Below, in pieces: positions 1 through 14,185 of a stretch of 64,000 bases of DNA. The stretch is taken from the NCBI GenBank assembly GCA_951406725.2, contig OX597821.1:70928001-70992000 (forward strand). The letters run 5' to 3'. Under the pieces are notes generated by a model. It worked only from the letters and a program-made list of their open reading frames with translations. It was not told the origin of the DNA and did not search any database. Positions within the stretch are counted from its first letter, which is position 1. Each line of letters starts with the position of its first letter. The position numbers and the translations under genes are program-made. Source of the DNA: Octopus vulgaris (Eukaryota).

Positions 1-24
1 CATCCTTGTACGACATTCTGTCAC

Positions 25-166
25 CCATATACAGTCGTGCGGACTGGATCAGGAGAAATGAAGTGCTTTGCGCTCGAGAACACAATGCACAGCCGGTCAC
101 GGAATCGACACCGTGATCTAGGGATCGCAAGAACGTCGCCGTAACCACTAATCCACGTGCCTTCAC
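25..166 (-). mobile_element. tRNA-derived SINE 5' portion (family C)
   Basis: Minus strand reads gtgaaggcacgtggattagtggtta...ggtgtcgattcc (A/B-box-like); homologous to copies at 5851 (+) and 19010 (-). Confidence 0.7.
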
Positions 167-310
167 TTATTCGAGAACCAGGATGCACAGCAAGCCGCCT
201 GGGTTGAACTTCGATTCTTGAAGAGAGAAGGTTATTCCTTAATTCATAAACTACAAATGATCACGATATCAAGGAACAAAAAATCCGAAAGACCTCCGAA
301 AGATTGAAAA

Positions 311-498
311 GCGCATACGTGGCTGTATGGTTCCGGGTTCAGTCCCACTGCGTAGCACTTTGGGCAAATATCTTCTACTATAGCCCCGCTCTACGAAAGA
401 CTTGTGAGTGGATTTGGTACACAGAAACTGAAAAGAAGCCCATCGTATACATGTGTGTGCTGTGTATGTGTATGTGCGTGTGTATGTGCGTGTGCGTA

Positions 499-529
<31 letters not shown>

Positions 530-715
530 CTTTGTGTCTTTGCTTGACAACAGGTGTTAGTATGTTTACGTTCCCGTAACTTGCCATTTCAACTAGAAAG
601 AATAAGAACCAGAGTTTAAAACCTATCAGTGCTGAGCTGATCGTTCAATTAGAATTCTTCTACGCGGTGCTCCAGCATGGCAGCAGTTTTATGACTAAAA
701 CAAGTAAGAAAAAGA
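311..715 (+). mobile_element. tRNA-derived CORE-like SINE, family A, with internal (TG)n; internally deleted
   Basis: ggttccgggttcagtcccactgcg...ttgggcaa...gtgagtggatttgg...gcggtgctccagcatgg; aligns with the full copy at 12676. Confidence 0.85.
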
Positions 716-817
716 AACGGAAAACAAGATGACTTCCTTCACAACTTTGCAACCAAGAAAGTAAATGACTGCTCAAATTTAACTGTAAATTAAAATTAGA
801 AAGAGAAGTAATGCACA

Positions 818-876
<59 letters not shown>

Positions 877-878
<2 letters not shown>

Positions 879-1315
879 AGGTTATGAGAGGTAATGGTGT
901 CAGTAAGACCCAAAGGTGTCAGGTAAGGCTGAGTAAGTGCTATGGATAGACCACAGTTAAGCTCCAGGTTCGGGGATTATGCGAATAAGGAGTCTTACTG
1001 ACACCATAACCTCCATTTCTCGCTATTGTAAGCACTTATCTCAGTAATGGATAAACAATTCCTTGGCATTTCTCTTAAGAACACACCTATTCCTTCACAA
1101 AAGACTTTCCTCTTACTCCTCCTTACCAAAACTTAGGATCTCATCCGAAGAATGGGATGGAAGGCTTTCTTCCACGACAATCAAAAATGCAGAACTGAAC
1201 CATTTTCTCACACCGTCTCCGATGAAGGGATATAATAAATATCCTGGAAACAGCAGTAAGACGTTCTATAGATGTTCTAAAATCCTCACAGCCTTGTTTT
1301 TTTATTTCATTCTGA

Positions 1316-1320
<5 letters not shown>
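877..1320 (+). mobile_element. Penelope-like terminal module between (TA)n tracts, with a 22-bp inverted repeat (888-909/992-1013) and an HHR
   Basis: gaggtaatggtgtcagtaagac / gtcttactgacaccataacctc; HHR of the same family as 58685. Confidence 0.6.
1214..1263 (+). ncRNA. Minimal type-I hammerhead ribozyme, variant core (CCGATGA)
   Basis: cgtct-CCGATGA-agggatat aataa atatcctg-GAAAC-agca-GTA-agacg; stem I cgtct/agacg is perfect; U4 is replaced by C. Confidence 0.7.
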
Positions 1321-1346
<26 letters not shown>

Positions 1347-1570
1347 TATATATATATATGTATGTATGTATATAAGTATGTATATATGTGTATATATATA
1401 TGAATAGATATGTATATATACATATATATATATATACTATTTTCTTAAATAGATGCGAACTCTTTTCTCCATGTGATCGGCTTGAAAAAATGTTAAGACA
1501 CTAGGACATGTTGCTACTTTTCTTATCATGAAACTAATGGTAGCCTTGATTCACAAATAAAGATATTTAT

Positions 1571-1658
<88 letters not shown>

Positions 1659-1751
1659 ATATATATATTATATATTATATATATGTGTGTGTGTATAAAC
1701 AAGTTTGTATGCATGTATGTATGCATGTATGTATGTATATATGTATATATG

Positions 1752-1786
<35 letters not shown>

Positions 1787-2371
1787 GCATACACATACAT
1801 GGAAATCCCTACAGAATGTGTATACATACATCTTAGTGCACACATCACACGCTACGAACACATATACAACCACATAGTAATCCTACCTCGTCAGATGCAC
1901 CCGTATACACGCACACTCATAAACGCACACATTATACACATAATCTAACATTGGCAAACATTCACCAACAATCATAGATATACCCTGATAGATATATACA
2001 CCTACATACAATATGGTCAACACACACATAGACACGAACAAGCGCACACACGCTCTTCCTCTGATATACACACATAACATTCTAACACTTGCACACACAT
2101 GCGCACACATACACACACAGACAGTCATTCACACACATATCTGCAACGATATCAATCTAATAGTGATGAGAGCCATAAAGGACACGTGACATAAATTGCA
2201 TGCATCACGTGACAATGAACTGCGCGTGTTGGCAGAAATGAAAATGTTTGTCAGCCAATCTGAGTGTCCGCTCACAGTTGTGTGGCTAGAATGCAGATTC
2301 GTGCAGCCACGTATCGAACTAGCTTGACTGTGACCACCAAACGTTACACATGGACAAACAGACACAAACAA

Positions 2372-2419
<48 letters not shown>

Positions 2420-2642
2420 CATAACCAACATATACATTAAATACGATGTTGCATTCATACATACATTCATATATACACACGTGCGTGTACTTTGACATCA
2501 ATAGAAATAAATAGGGAGTGTTAAATGCGTGTAAAAATAGACACGCGACGGCCTTTTAAAGTTAAAACGCGAATTTATCATCACATTTACGATGCAGATT
2601 TATGTGTGTGTGAGTGTGTGTATGTGTGAGTGTATATGTGTG

Positions 2643-2684
<42 letters not shown>

Positions 2685-3308
2685 TGCATGTATAAGTGTG
2701 TATGCTCATACAAACTTTTGTGAAAACGCATATACACAACTATACTTTTCAAGGCATTTATTCTACACGTACAGGCACTCACACATATGCAAACAAGCAT
2801 ATATACATGTACGTATATGGGCACATGCACACGTATACAGTTGGAAATATTGAAATAAGATTCAGTGAAGTTGCATTTATATCAAGAGAAATGTATAAAG
2901 AAAAAAGCATTAAAGGACGAATATGTAACTCTTCGCTTTTATTCTTGCAGTTTGCCTGCACTTGGTCATTAGGAATTGGCAAATATCAGCACAAATCAGC
3001 AAATAATTTTTAATTGAAGTTATAAACAAGGGTCACAAACTTTTGTTTAGATTCGTGATGCCGGGCTGGCTGCCTTTGCCTGAGGTGGTACAACAATGTC
3101 GAAACATCGGATGTCCCAAAATCTCCTTAAGCTAATGAAATGAGTGTATGTATTATGAACATACATTTTTTTCAAAGAAGTTCTTCAATGAGGAAGGGCA
3201 GCAGCGATTAACATACGTTCGAATCTGATGGAGAATTTTAAGAATGAACACTTAAGTCAGTGCATGCATGTGTCCATATATGTATGTATATATGTATATA
3301 TAAATATA

Positions 3309-3380
<72 letters not shown>

Positions 3381-3635
3381 CATGTATATATATCTTTATA
3401 AACTTTTATACTTTTGATATTTAAAAAATATATATATATATATATATATATACATACATACATATGTATATGTTTGTATATGTATATAAAATTTATAAGT
3501 TTAAATTATTTAAATAATTTTTTATTTTTAACTTTTATATTTTAAAATTAATTTTATGTATTGGCTTATGTTTTTCACTGTTTGATTTGCTCAATAGTGG
3601 TTTTATCTCTAATTAATATAATATATATATATATA

Positions 3636-4980
3636 CGAGAAGAAAATGGACGTAACTAACAAGGGGAAACTCGTCGTTTTTCGCTTGTATGCCATAAATT
3701 CAATTAGGTAACAAAGAAGAAGGAAGCAAAGAAGAAGGTAGCATTTACGATCGTTTCAATTTACTAGTTTTAGTAAATCTCTTCAGAATACGAAAAATAG
3801 ATTGACACATCGGTCAGTATGCGAAAATAATTGATACACATGTGATGGTAATAGAGGCAAAGTTTGTAAGTCTTACATTAAATTTTGTTCTTGAGCTGGT
3901 TATTTCGCTGGGGAGGGGTTTCATTGCAGTAGATTGCTTAGTTTATTGTTCCGTTGGGCAATTAGAGTGGGGTGTATATTATTTTGGTGTGGGGTTCTGA
4001 GTTTGACTAAGCACATTTTTTTCGCACGTGTGTATTAAATTGGTTTAAATCCGCGTTGAGTTCTAGTCACCGGCGGTGTAAGTGAAGGAGGTTAACTTTA
4101 AATTACGGTGAAAAGGGAGCTAACTCATACCAGTTATTAGACTAGGTTGGGTGGTTTAAAATTGTATTATGGCTATAAATTATATTATGGCTAGAGTTTA
4201 GGAAGTTCTTAGTATTAGAAGGGGCCCTGTAATGTATTAGGCGAGTAGGTTTGCCGGGTGACTGTTTATGCGTTAGTGTTTAAGGTGGTTCCCAGCTAAT
4301 TAGACTTATATAGATGACTGTGCTATTAATTTACCGTATTTTGAAAAGACATAAAGGCCCACATGAAGACACAAGAAGTTGTTCTCAAATTTCCTGTTTA
4401 GGAGGGTTTGTTTAGCCGTACGTATAGCGAGGCGTTCTGATAAACAAAGATCGCAGCGTCTACTGGTGGTGTTGTACGGGGTTGTTTTGCGAGTATACAC
4501 CAGTTTAAACTATAATCTATTTTTTATCCGTAAGTTCCCAAATGTATGTACTGAGCCCTGTTGAGTTGGCCCTACACTTATATCTGAAGCTCGATTGATG
4601 TGCATTATATCTAAGAATCATTTGGTTTTTAGTGGCGCCTATGTATGATTTCGTCTGGTTATTTGTGTGCATGTCACATTTGTAAACTACGTTATTTGTC
4701 TTGCATCTATTTGAGAAATTTCACTTTGTTCTATCACTGCAGCCACATAAATGATTAGGTATATCTGCGTTCGTGTTGTACTGTGTGTGTGTGTGTGGGG
4801 CTATTATTATTGAGGTCTACATCTAAGTTAGCAGGAGGCGCTGCGTTCGTGGTGGGCTTAGCTCTGTTACTTGGTTGGTTATTATTTTTATTGCTCACAT
4901 TCTTTCTAGCTTCATAGAATTTGTCTAGTTTTTTTAATTTATTGAGGCTATTATTGTGACTATTAGTCAAACTGTGGCCT
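3636..4980 (-). mobile_element. Penelope-like element 3' fragment (GIY-YIG C-terminal region plus pLTR)
   Basis: ORF 4306-4500 PYNTTSRRCDLCLSERLAI...LLNRKFE..LCLH resembles the PLE endonuclease tail (Y...C.LCL.EK..I...LLNKR.E...C.H); HHR lies downstream; (TA)n on both sides. Confidence 0.8.
3741..3791 (-). ncRNA. Minimal type-I hammerhead ribozyme
   Basis: Minus strand: gtatt-CTGAAGA-gatttacta aaac tagtaaatt-GAAAC-gatc-GTA-aatgc; 9-bp stem II, palindromic stem III ACGATCGT. Confidence 0.85.
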
Positions 4981-4992
4981 ATATATATACAC

Positions 4993-5048
<56 letters not shown>

Positions 5049-5076
5049 GGCTTGGAGATGATGTACAGGTATTATA

Positions 5077-5430
5077 TATTAGAAGAAATGAGGTACTCAG
5101 AAATCTGGATAGTTTTATAATTACAGATATTTATTAGCATGTTGCATGTTTTTATAAATCATATATCATATATCAACGCTTTCGTCCACTCTAGTGGAGT
5201 TGTCAAATTGAACTTTTGCAGGAATTTTTACTCTTTTTATACACCCCACCCCTACACACTCAATAGTGCTATAAAATGAGTAAACTTCCTGCAAAAGTTC
5301 AATTTGACAACTCCACTAGAGTGGACGAAAGCGCTGATATATGATATATGATTTATAAAAACATGTAACATACTAATAAATATCTGTAAATATAAAACCA
5401 TCCAGATTTCTGAGTACCTCATTTCTTTTA

Positions 5431-5433
<3 letters not shown>
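5077..5433. repeat. Long fold-back inverted repeat (~165-bp arms, 28-nt spacer) between (TA)n tracts
   Basis: Arms 5077-5241 and 5270-5433 are near-complementary (agaaatgaggtactcagaaatctggat / atccagatttctgagtacctcatttct); contains a degenerate HHR-like TTGACAA-ctccactagagtggac-GAAA. Confidence 0.95.
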
Positions 5434-5490
<57 letters not shown>

Positions 5491-5850
5491 CTGTTCAGGT
5501 CAGTGCTTTGGTTCAGAACTTTCCTGTCTCACATCTATGATTCCAAGGGACAGACAGAGCTTCTAGATTTAAGTCTGTAATTTGTGCCCATGCTACAGTT
5601 AATTATATCGACTCCATTTTATATTTTATATGCAGTTACTGAGTCTTGCCACACGATCGCTATTAATATTACAGTTAAAACAAAGAAAGCTGCGAGAAAC
5701 AGCAGCTAAACTTTCCTCAAATCGCAACTGATCTTTTTTATAAAGAAAGAGAACGTAGATTCAAAAAGAAGACCGGATGGTCACAGACAGAAGAATTCAG
5801 ATCACAGATTCACTCGTCCATGGCTTATATGGGAACTAAAGTCTAATAGG

Positions 5851-5990
5851 TGAAAGGCGCGTGGCCTAGTGGTTAGGATGTGACATTCGCAAACATCAGA
5901 TCGCGGTGTCGATTCCCGGCATTGGCAGTGTTTTGTGTTTTTTGAGCAAAACAGTCTGTTTCACGTTACTCCCGTTCACTCAGCCATTCG
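5851..5990 (+). mobile_element. tRNA-derived SINE 5' portion (family C)
   Basis: ggcgcgtggcctagtggttagg...ggtgtcgattcccgg...ttgagcaa...cactcagc; A/B boxes. Confidence 0.75.
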
Positions 5991-6595
5991 GGAGTAATGT
6001 TGTGGCATCGGTCGTTTGTGTGCCATGGAAACGGCGGTTAACCGACCCTATGAGTGAGTGCTAGGACTCGGCACAGTCATGTTCAGGAGGAGGGTGGATA
6101 AGGATAATGAGAATGATGATGGTGTGGTGGTGGCGGTGAAAGTCTAACAACTGCAACAACAAATATATTTGTAGAATGTATATCTAAATGCCGTGTATAA
6201 ATGTTATGAGGTTCGATCTTGCAAATGAAGACAGAGACAAGAATAAAAAGATCTCCAGTTGAACAGAATTTTTCCCTGGTTGAGAAAAAAAGAGGGAAGA
6301 AAAGACGAGCAAGAAAAGAGCGGGCAGCGAGGCGAAGTAATAATGTTTGCAGCATCCAATTTCGTTCGTGATGTTGTCTTACACATCTGAGAGACAAAGG
6401 AAAATTGAGGAGCTGCAGCAATTTAACTGAGTGGGGGTTGTGCGAGGAGAGAACATATGAAGGCTGGAGACGATGTTTTTTTTCCGCATATTGGGTATTA
6501 TCTGTTGCTTTTACTGACGTCGGTTTGTCCATTGGGCGGCGATACTTCATACATGAAACTGTGAATAAGAGTACATATAAACTAGCCGCAAATAC

Positions 6596-6659
<64 letters not shown>

Positions 6660-6912
6660 ATGTTCTTGTATGTATGCATATATCTATGTAGTTGTACGTA
6701 TTCTTGCAAAGCTAGTACTTAATTACGTCTGAAGAATTCAAAGCAATTCGGGAATGGATGTTTTTGCTTATAGATAAACTCACACATACAGAATTATACA
6801 TATACACACGCACACATATATCAATAATGTACATATATATGTGTGTGTATAAGCGTGCATATATGCATACATATATATTTATACACATGATTATGTATAT
6901 ATGTATTTGTAA

Positions 6913-6949
<37 letters not shown>

Positions 6950-7262
6950 TGTATGTATATATTTGTGTGTCTATGTATACATATAAACATATATATATAT
7001 ACAGATGGGTGTCTATGTGTAAAAGCCCTCAGATTACAAACAAGCAGAGCTCGACTTTAGTTGTAACAAACCAATAAATGTTTATGAAACCGTATAAAAT
7101 AACCGAAAAACATTTTCAGCCCAAAAGATTAACCATTCCACCGACCAGCTAAGCTTAGCCTTGGTCTTCTGAAACAAAATAGATCGCTCGTCTCCTATTT
7201 ATTATTGCGATCTTGCTTTTGGCACTTCCGGTACCAAAAATGTTCTTCGTTTTTAGCAATAT

Positions 7263-7372
<110 letters not shown>

Positions 7373-7699
7373 CCCTCTCATCCATCACTATCTAATTAAA
7401 TGTGAAGCTCGTCTTTTGCAACTGTTTAACTGACCACTCCATCATTGTGATATCTTCTCTGTTTTTCTCTTTTTTCTTTTCCTTTCTTCCTTTTTTTCTT
7501 TTTTGATGGGGTGTTGTAGGGACTAAAGCTAATTACTTATTCTAATCTCTTTTTCACTCTGCTTCCTTCACTGATTCTCTCTCTCTCTCTCCCTTTCCCG
7601 CCCATTCTATCTGCCTTTTTATTTCATCTCTCTCACCCTTTAACACTTCTTATTTTCTTATTTGGGCAACTCTTTAACACTATATCTCTTTTTCTTTAC

Positions 7700-7731
<32 letters not shown>

Positions 7732-8369
7732 TCTACTCACACACACACTGCATATATGTTATATATATATATATATACGCTAACTATATGTACACACATG
7801 CATACGTATAGATAGATATATATTCTATTCACACACACACATATATATATTACATATATATACACATGAGTGCATGTACATATATATATATATATGTATA
7901 TATCTACCCACATAATAATTTACATGTGTGTGTGCGTGCGCGCGCGTGTGTGTGTGCCTGTCAGTGTGTGTGTGTGTGTGTTTGCGTGCGTGCGACTATG
8001 TGTTTAGACATAAATATATACATATGTTGATATAGATATATATAATGATATTCAATAACATATCTTTATTGTATGCTCTCTCACAATGGCAAAACCAACA
8101 ACGCGTGTGTGCAAGATAAAGATATAAGAAGCGCACGCTTGCATAAATGGCCGTTTGTGTATGTTTATATGGATATATGTATAAATGTATATGGATATAT
8201 ATATATATATATAGGTAGGTGGGTAGGTAGATAGGTACATATAAACAGTTTTGCCTTTGCTTATATGTACATATATTCTTAAATCAGTGCATATGGTGTG
8301 TGTACATGTATATGTGTATATATATATATATGTTATGTTTGAATGTATGTATGTATGTATGTATGTATG

Positions 8370-8433
<64 letters not shown>

Positions 8434-8517
8434 ACATATTGGTTATATAGACAGTGAGGAAGGGAGAGATATAGTTAGATTAAAAGAAACAATACGTAAC
8501 AAAGAAATATATAAACA

Positions 8518-8560
<43 letters not shown>

Positions 8561-9008
8561 ACGGTTGCTTTTATCATTCTTAGAGAACATACAATACTTT
8601 CATCTTCACGCGTTTCACCGTCTTCATTTCGATATTTCTTTTCCCTTTATTTTATTTTCTCTCCTCTTCTCCCCCCTCTCTCTCTCCCTCTTTCTCTCTC
8701 TCTCTCTCTCTCTCTATCTACCTCAATCTCTCACACCTCCCCTCTCACTCTCTTTTGTATCTCGCCACCGCCCAGTCTCCCCTCTTGATATTCCGTATCG
8801 TGTGTATATTAATGGCGGCCAGCGCGATTTTTCGCCCCAGCAACATTAAATAGTACAAACCACGGTTTCTATGTTGACAAATTTCGATTTATGACCGTTA
8901 GCCCGGACACAATATCCCAATACTATACAGAGTTGTGGAGAGTGAATGCGTAACACGTGTATATACATAGGATGGATGTATATGTATAACAATATCAATG
9001 TCTATATA

Positions 9009-9222
<214 letters not shown>

Positions 9223-9358
9223 GGTTATAGGGCTGGAAATAGCTATATATTTATATATGTATACAGTCATATGTGTGTATGCATGTATGTTTGTAGACAT
9301 ACTTGTGTATATCTGTACCTCTGTTTCTGTATGTTTATTATTATTATTATTATTATTA

Positions 9359-9468
<110 letters not shown>

Positions 9469-9588
9469 TGTGTACATCTGTGTGCTTGTATGTGCGTGTT
9501 TGTGTGTTTTCCTGGCTGTGCGAGTTCGTGATACTGTATTTGTATCAATGAATGGCCCATATATATATATATATATATACACTTAAAT

Positions 9589-9639
<51 letters not shown>

Positions 9640-9813
9640 ATTTTTGTACAGTTTACAAGACATAATTTGCGCCAGCTCCTCTTCATATGTCAGCGATTTA
9701 ACATAAGCCGTGTTCAGAGTTTAGTTTTGACACTGCCTCAAAGCTCTTTACTGAATATCTTACTAATACTACTACCACCATCAACACCACTACTACTACT
9801 AATAATAATAATG

Positions 9814-9868
<55 letters not shown>

Positions 9869-9929
9869 TGATGATGATGATGATGATGATATTGATGATG
9901 ACGGTGACGACCACTACCAACACGACGAA

Positions 9930-9960
<31 letters not shown>

Positions 9961-11033
9961 ACAACATTATTACTAGTATTAAATGGAGTTCTTGTTATTG
10001 TTTGGCGGAGGCCGTGTTATGGTGTGGTGTTCTTGTTTCCCATTTCGCAATTTCATTCGACCCGAGAGGCATCTTTGCGACCGACGCAAAAATTATTGCA
10101 GTAACAAACGAAACAAACGAAAGGAACGGACCAAACGAAACACTGAAACGGTGGAGGGGAGGTGGAGGATGAGGATGAGGAGGGGGAGGGGGAGGGGGAG
10201 GAGGAAAAGCGCATCGAAGTTAGTTAGTTTTGTGTTTTTGCGAATGGACAGAAGACATGGTTGGTGATACACGGAAACACCATAATGGCTAAAATGCCAC
10301 ATTGGGGAAGGAAATACGGAACAACTTCATTGTCGAAGATTAACCATGTTTTTACCAACTTATATCCTGGAGCCGAAGGAAGGATAATAAGTTTGGTGTC
10401 TTTCGCAATTTCGATCTACCTGGTGGGCACTTGCATCTTTTCCCTTTCTCTCTCCTTATGACTACTCTTTCACTCTCTCTCTCTTTCACTTTTTCTTTTT
10501 ATCTCTCTCTCTCTCTCTCTATCTCTCCCCCTCCAACTTGGTTTCTGTCTTTCTCCCTGTTTCGTGTTGACTAAACATCAGACTGTTTTACTTTATGAAG
10601 ATAACATTGTCTTTAGTTGAAGCTTGTACCATCCACCATCCATCCATACACATAAATATACATATCTATATATATATATATATATATATAGCTTTATTTA
10701 TATATATATATACACACATACACACAGAAAGTTGTTGGTCTTGGTTCACCAGCTCCACCGTTCTTACAACCTACGCTCTCAATATATCCACCTCTATGTT
10801 TATATATAGGCATGGCTCTAAATTCGCACTTACGACAATATTCTCATACATAATACACACAAAAATCACATATCTCTGAGAATTGCACCTCTCTGAGCAC
10901 ACTCATACACATTCAGTCTCACAGTGCTACAACTGTTTAAATCTAATCATATCATCTTATCGCTGTTTCTCATATACTGGACAACTGATTTGTCAATTAG
11001 ATAGAATTTATAAGGGACAGAATCGCGAATGTA

Positions 11034-11108
<75 letters not shown>

Positions 11109-11387
11109 AGAAGAAAAAAAGAAAAAAGGGAAAAAGGAAAGAAAAAGGTAGATGAGAAGACAAAATTTAGTTTAAAAAGGTAGTGGAAAGTGATTAGTCT
11201 GTCAGGAATAAAGAAATGGAATATTTTTTTAGGAGTGGTCAAAAATGTTGCTGAGTTCTTGTCAAAAGATGATCTTTGTGAATCTTTTAATTTCAGGTCA
11301 TTTTATTCATTTTTCACAGTTGACATGGTGTACCCTTATTTAGTCACATATATACACATACACACACATACATGCATGCATACATAT

Positions 11388-11423
<36 letters not shown>

Positions 11424-11426
<3 letters not shown>

Positions 11427-11775
11427 TGGAGACAAAGATCCCAACATCACCATCAAAATACAGGACCAGATACTGCAACAGCTTGGGTTTCAGGGGACCA
11501 CAGCTCTTCAATATCCTTCCTAAATGCTTGTGAGACCTGCATGGTGTAGATGTGGATTTCTTTAAAACTAAACTGGATCTCTTCTTGTCAGGGGTCCCAG
11601 ATGAACCTACCCATCGGCAGGAAACACAGATGCGGGCAGCGGCGTCGAATTCCCTTGTTGACCAAGTGCCACGTATCAGAGGTAGTTTCACATACTAGTG
11701 TAGCACATTCAACGGTGATGCCCCAGCATGGCCACAGCTTTCGGGCTGAAATATTTTTAAGGGTTTAAGGATTTA
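11424..11775 (+). mobile_element. CR1/L2-group LINE 3' fragment
   Basis: Encodes G.RGPQLFNILPKCL.DLHGVDVDFFKTKLDLFLSGVPDEP; 3' end ccccagcatggccacagct...gctgaaa with a tttaagg(a) repeat tail; second copy at 37645. Confidence 0.85.
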
Positions 11776-12180
11776 TATATATATATGTATGTATATATAC
11801 ATATGTATATACATAGATGTTTATATATTAATATATATTCATGTATATATATATATAAATGATATGAGATATATATGATTTATGATATAAAGACCCGCAC
11901 ATACGCTCGTGCGCACGCACACACACATGTACACACACAGATACACAAATACGCACCGCACGCGCGCATAAATGCATAAATACATCCGATTATGCCGTAA
12001 ACTCCGTAAAGTAAATATATACAATGAGTACAACACTTACCTGCTGTACCATTAAATTATAATTATATAAACAAACTTGGCCATATGTTGTGAAAAAACT
12101 TCCGTATATTTTCATTAGCAGATCATATCAAACATGCCAACATAGAAATATATACAGAATGTGCACATATATATATTTTA

Positions 12181-12235
<55 letters not shown>

Positions 12236-12520
12236 AGAGAGAGAGGGAAAGAGAAAGAGAGAGATGTGTGTGTGCGCGTGTGTGTGTGTATGTGTATGTA
12301 CAGGATATAATAGAAAGATATACAGAATATAACTATTTCAATTTACAACAATTGTGACCCAAAAGCAGACATAAATAAATATATGAGTTTATCAATACAA
12401 AGATACATACATAGAGAAAGCGAGAGAGAGAGATAAGTGTGCATAAATGCATGTATTTATACACACCCGTTTATACAGTTATCCAAATATATAGGCATAT
12501 CCATATGACCATGTGTGTGT

Positions 12521-12646
<126 letters not shown>

Positions 12647-12675
12647 TTATTTATTTATATATTTATATATATATA

Positions 12676-13065
12676 GGCGCAGGAGTGGATGTGTGGTAAG
12701 TAGCTTGCTAACCAGCCACATGGTTCCGGGTTCAGTCCCACTGCGTCGCATCTTGGGCAAGTGTCTTCTGCTATAGCCCCGGGCCGACCAATGCCTTGTG
12801 AGTGGATTTGGTAGACGGAAACTGAAAGAAGTCTGTCGTATATATGTATATATATATATATGTATGTGTGTGTTTGTCCCCCTAGCATTGCCTAACAACC
12901 GATGCTGGTGTGTTTACGTCCCCGTCACTTAGCGGTTCGGCAAAAGAGACCGATAGAATAAGTACTGGGCTTACAAAGAATAAGTCCTGGGGTCGATTTG
13001 CTCGACTAAAGGTGGTGCTCCAGCATGGCCGCAGTCAAATGACTGAAACAAGTAAAAGAGAGTAA

Positions 13066-13070
<5 letters not shown>
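12676..13070 (+). mobile_element. Family A tRNA-derived SINE, near full-length
   Basis: ggcgcaggagtgg..gtggtaag (A box), ggttcagtccc (B box), CORE-like ttgggcaagtgtctt, internal microsatellite, LINE-like 3' tail, agtaaaagag end. Confidence 0.92.
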
Positions 13071-13096
<26 letters not shown>

Positions 13097-13357
13097 CAGT
13101 GGCGGTCAAAATGTTCAGAACGGCATTGTTTTCGTCAGAAAAGTAGATATAATTTTTTATAATTTTTTGCAGTAAATCACTAAATCATCCATAACTTTTG
13201 TATTATCCTCTCAAATTACACCAAAATCTCAGACAATAACAAATAATATTGTATTTATTGTCAGTGAAAATTATAGAATATAAAACAACTTTGGTAAAAA
13301 ATTATATCTACTTTTCTAACGAAAACAATGCCGTTCTGAACATTTTGGCCGCCACTG
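13097..13357. mobile_element. Tc1/mariner-type MITE (261 bp)
   Basis: ~60-bp TIRs cagtggcggtcaaaatgttcagaacggcattgttttcg / cgaaaacaatgccgttctgaacattttggccgccactg flanked by TA on both sides. Confidence 0.93.
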
Positions 13358-13366
13358 TATATATAT

Positions 13367-13591
13367 CTTTCATATTTTACTTGTAGTCATGAGACTGCAG
13401 CCATACTGGGGCACCGCCTCGAAAATTTTTTTTAGCTAAATGAATCGACTACAGTAATCATTTATTTTTTATGCCCAATATTCCATCGGTTTCTTGGCGA
13501 ACCGCTAAATTACAGAGATATAAACACACCAATACCGAATGTCAAGCGATGATGAGGGACAAAGGTACACACATATACACTCACACACATC

Positions 13592-13682
<91 letters not shown>

Positions 13683-13844
13683 TAAGACGGGTTTCTTCAG
13701 TTTCGTCAACCAAATCCACTCACAAGGTTTTGGTCCAGCCGATGCTATAGTGGAAGACCCTTGCGCAAGATGCCGCGCTATGACATGAAGCCGGAACCAC
13801 GTGGTCTGGAAGCAAGCCTCTTATCACACAGCCACGCCTGCGCC
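13367..13844 (-). mobile_element. Family A SINE with internal (GATA)n
   Basis: Reverse complement of the 12676 consensus, ending cacacagccacgcctgcgcc. Confidence 0.88.
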
Positions 13845-13910
13845 GTTTATACTCATTATCTTAATGCGAACATAAAATATGCAAAGCGATTTATGCGAGT
13901 ATGCCGATCC

Positions 13911-14134
13911 CTTTATTTTGTTTCAGTCATTTGACTACGGCCATGCTGGAGCACCGTCTTGAGTCGAACAAATCGACCCCAGCACTTATTCTTTGTAAGC
14001 CTAGTATTCTATCGGTCTCTTTTGTCGAACCGCTAATTTACGGGGATGAAAACACACCAACATCGATTATCAAGCGATGGTGGGAGACAAACGCAGATAT
14101 ACAAACATATACACACATATACTTACTAGACGGG
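13911..14134 (-). mobile_element. Family A SINE 3' half
   Basis: tttcagtcatttgactacggccatgctggagcaccg...gtcgaacaaatcgacccc. Confidence 0.85.
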
Positions 14135-14148
14135 TAGTCCAGTTTATG

Positions 14149-14182
<34 letters not shown>

Positions 14183-14185
<3 letters not shown>

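Noticed and set aside
5851-5920. tRNA gene
   Set aside because: A/B boxes are present but there is no complete cloverleaf, and the sequence continues into a SINE body
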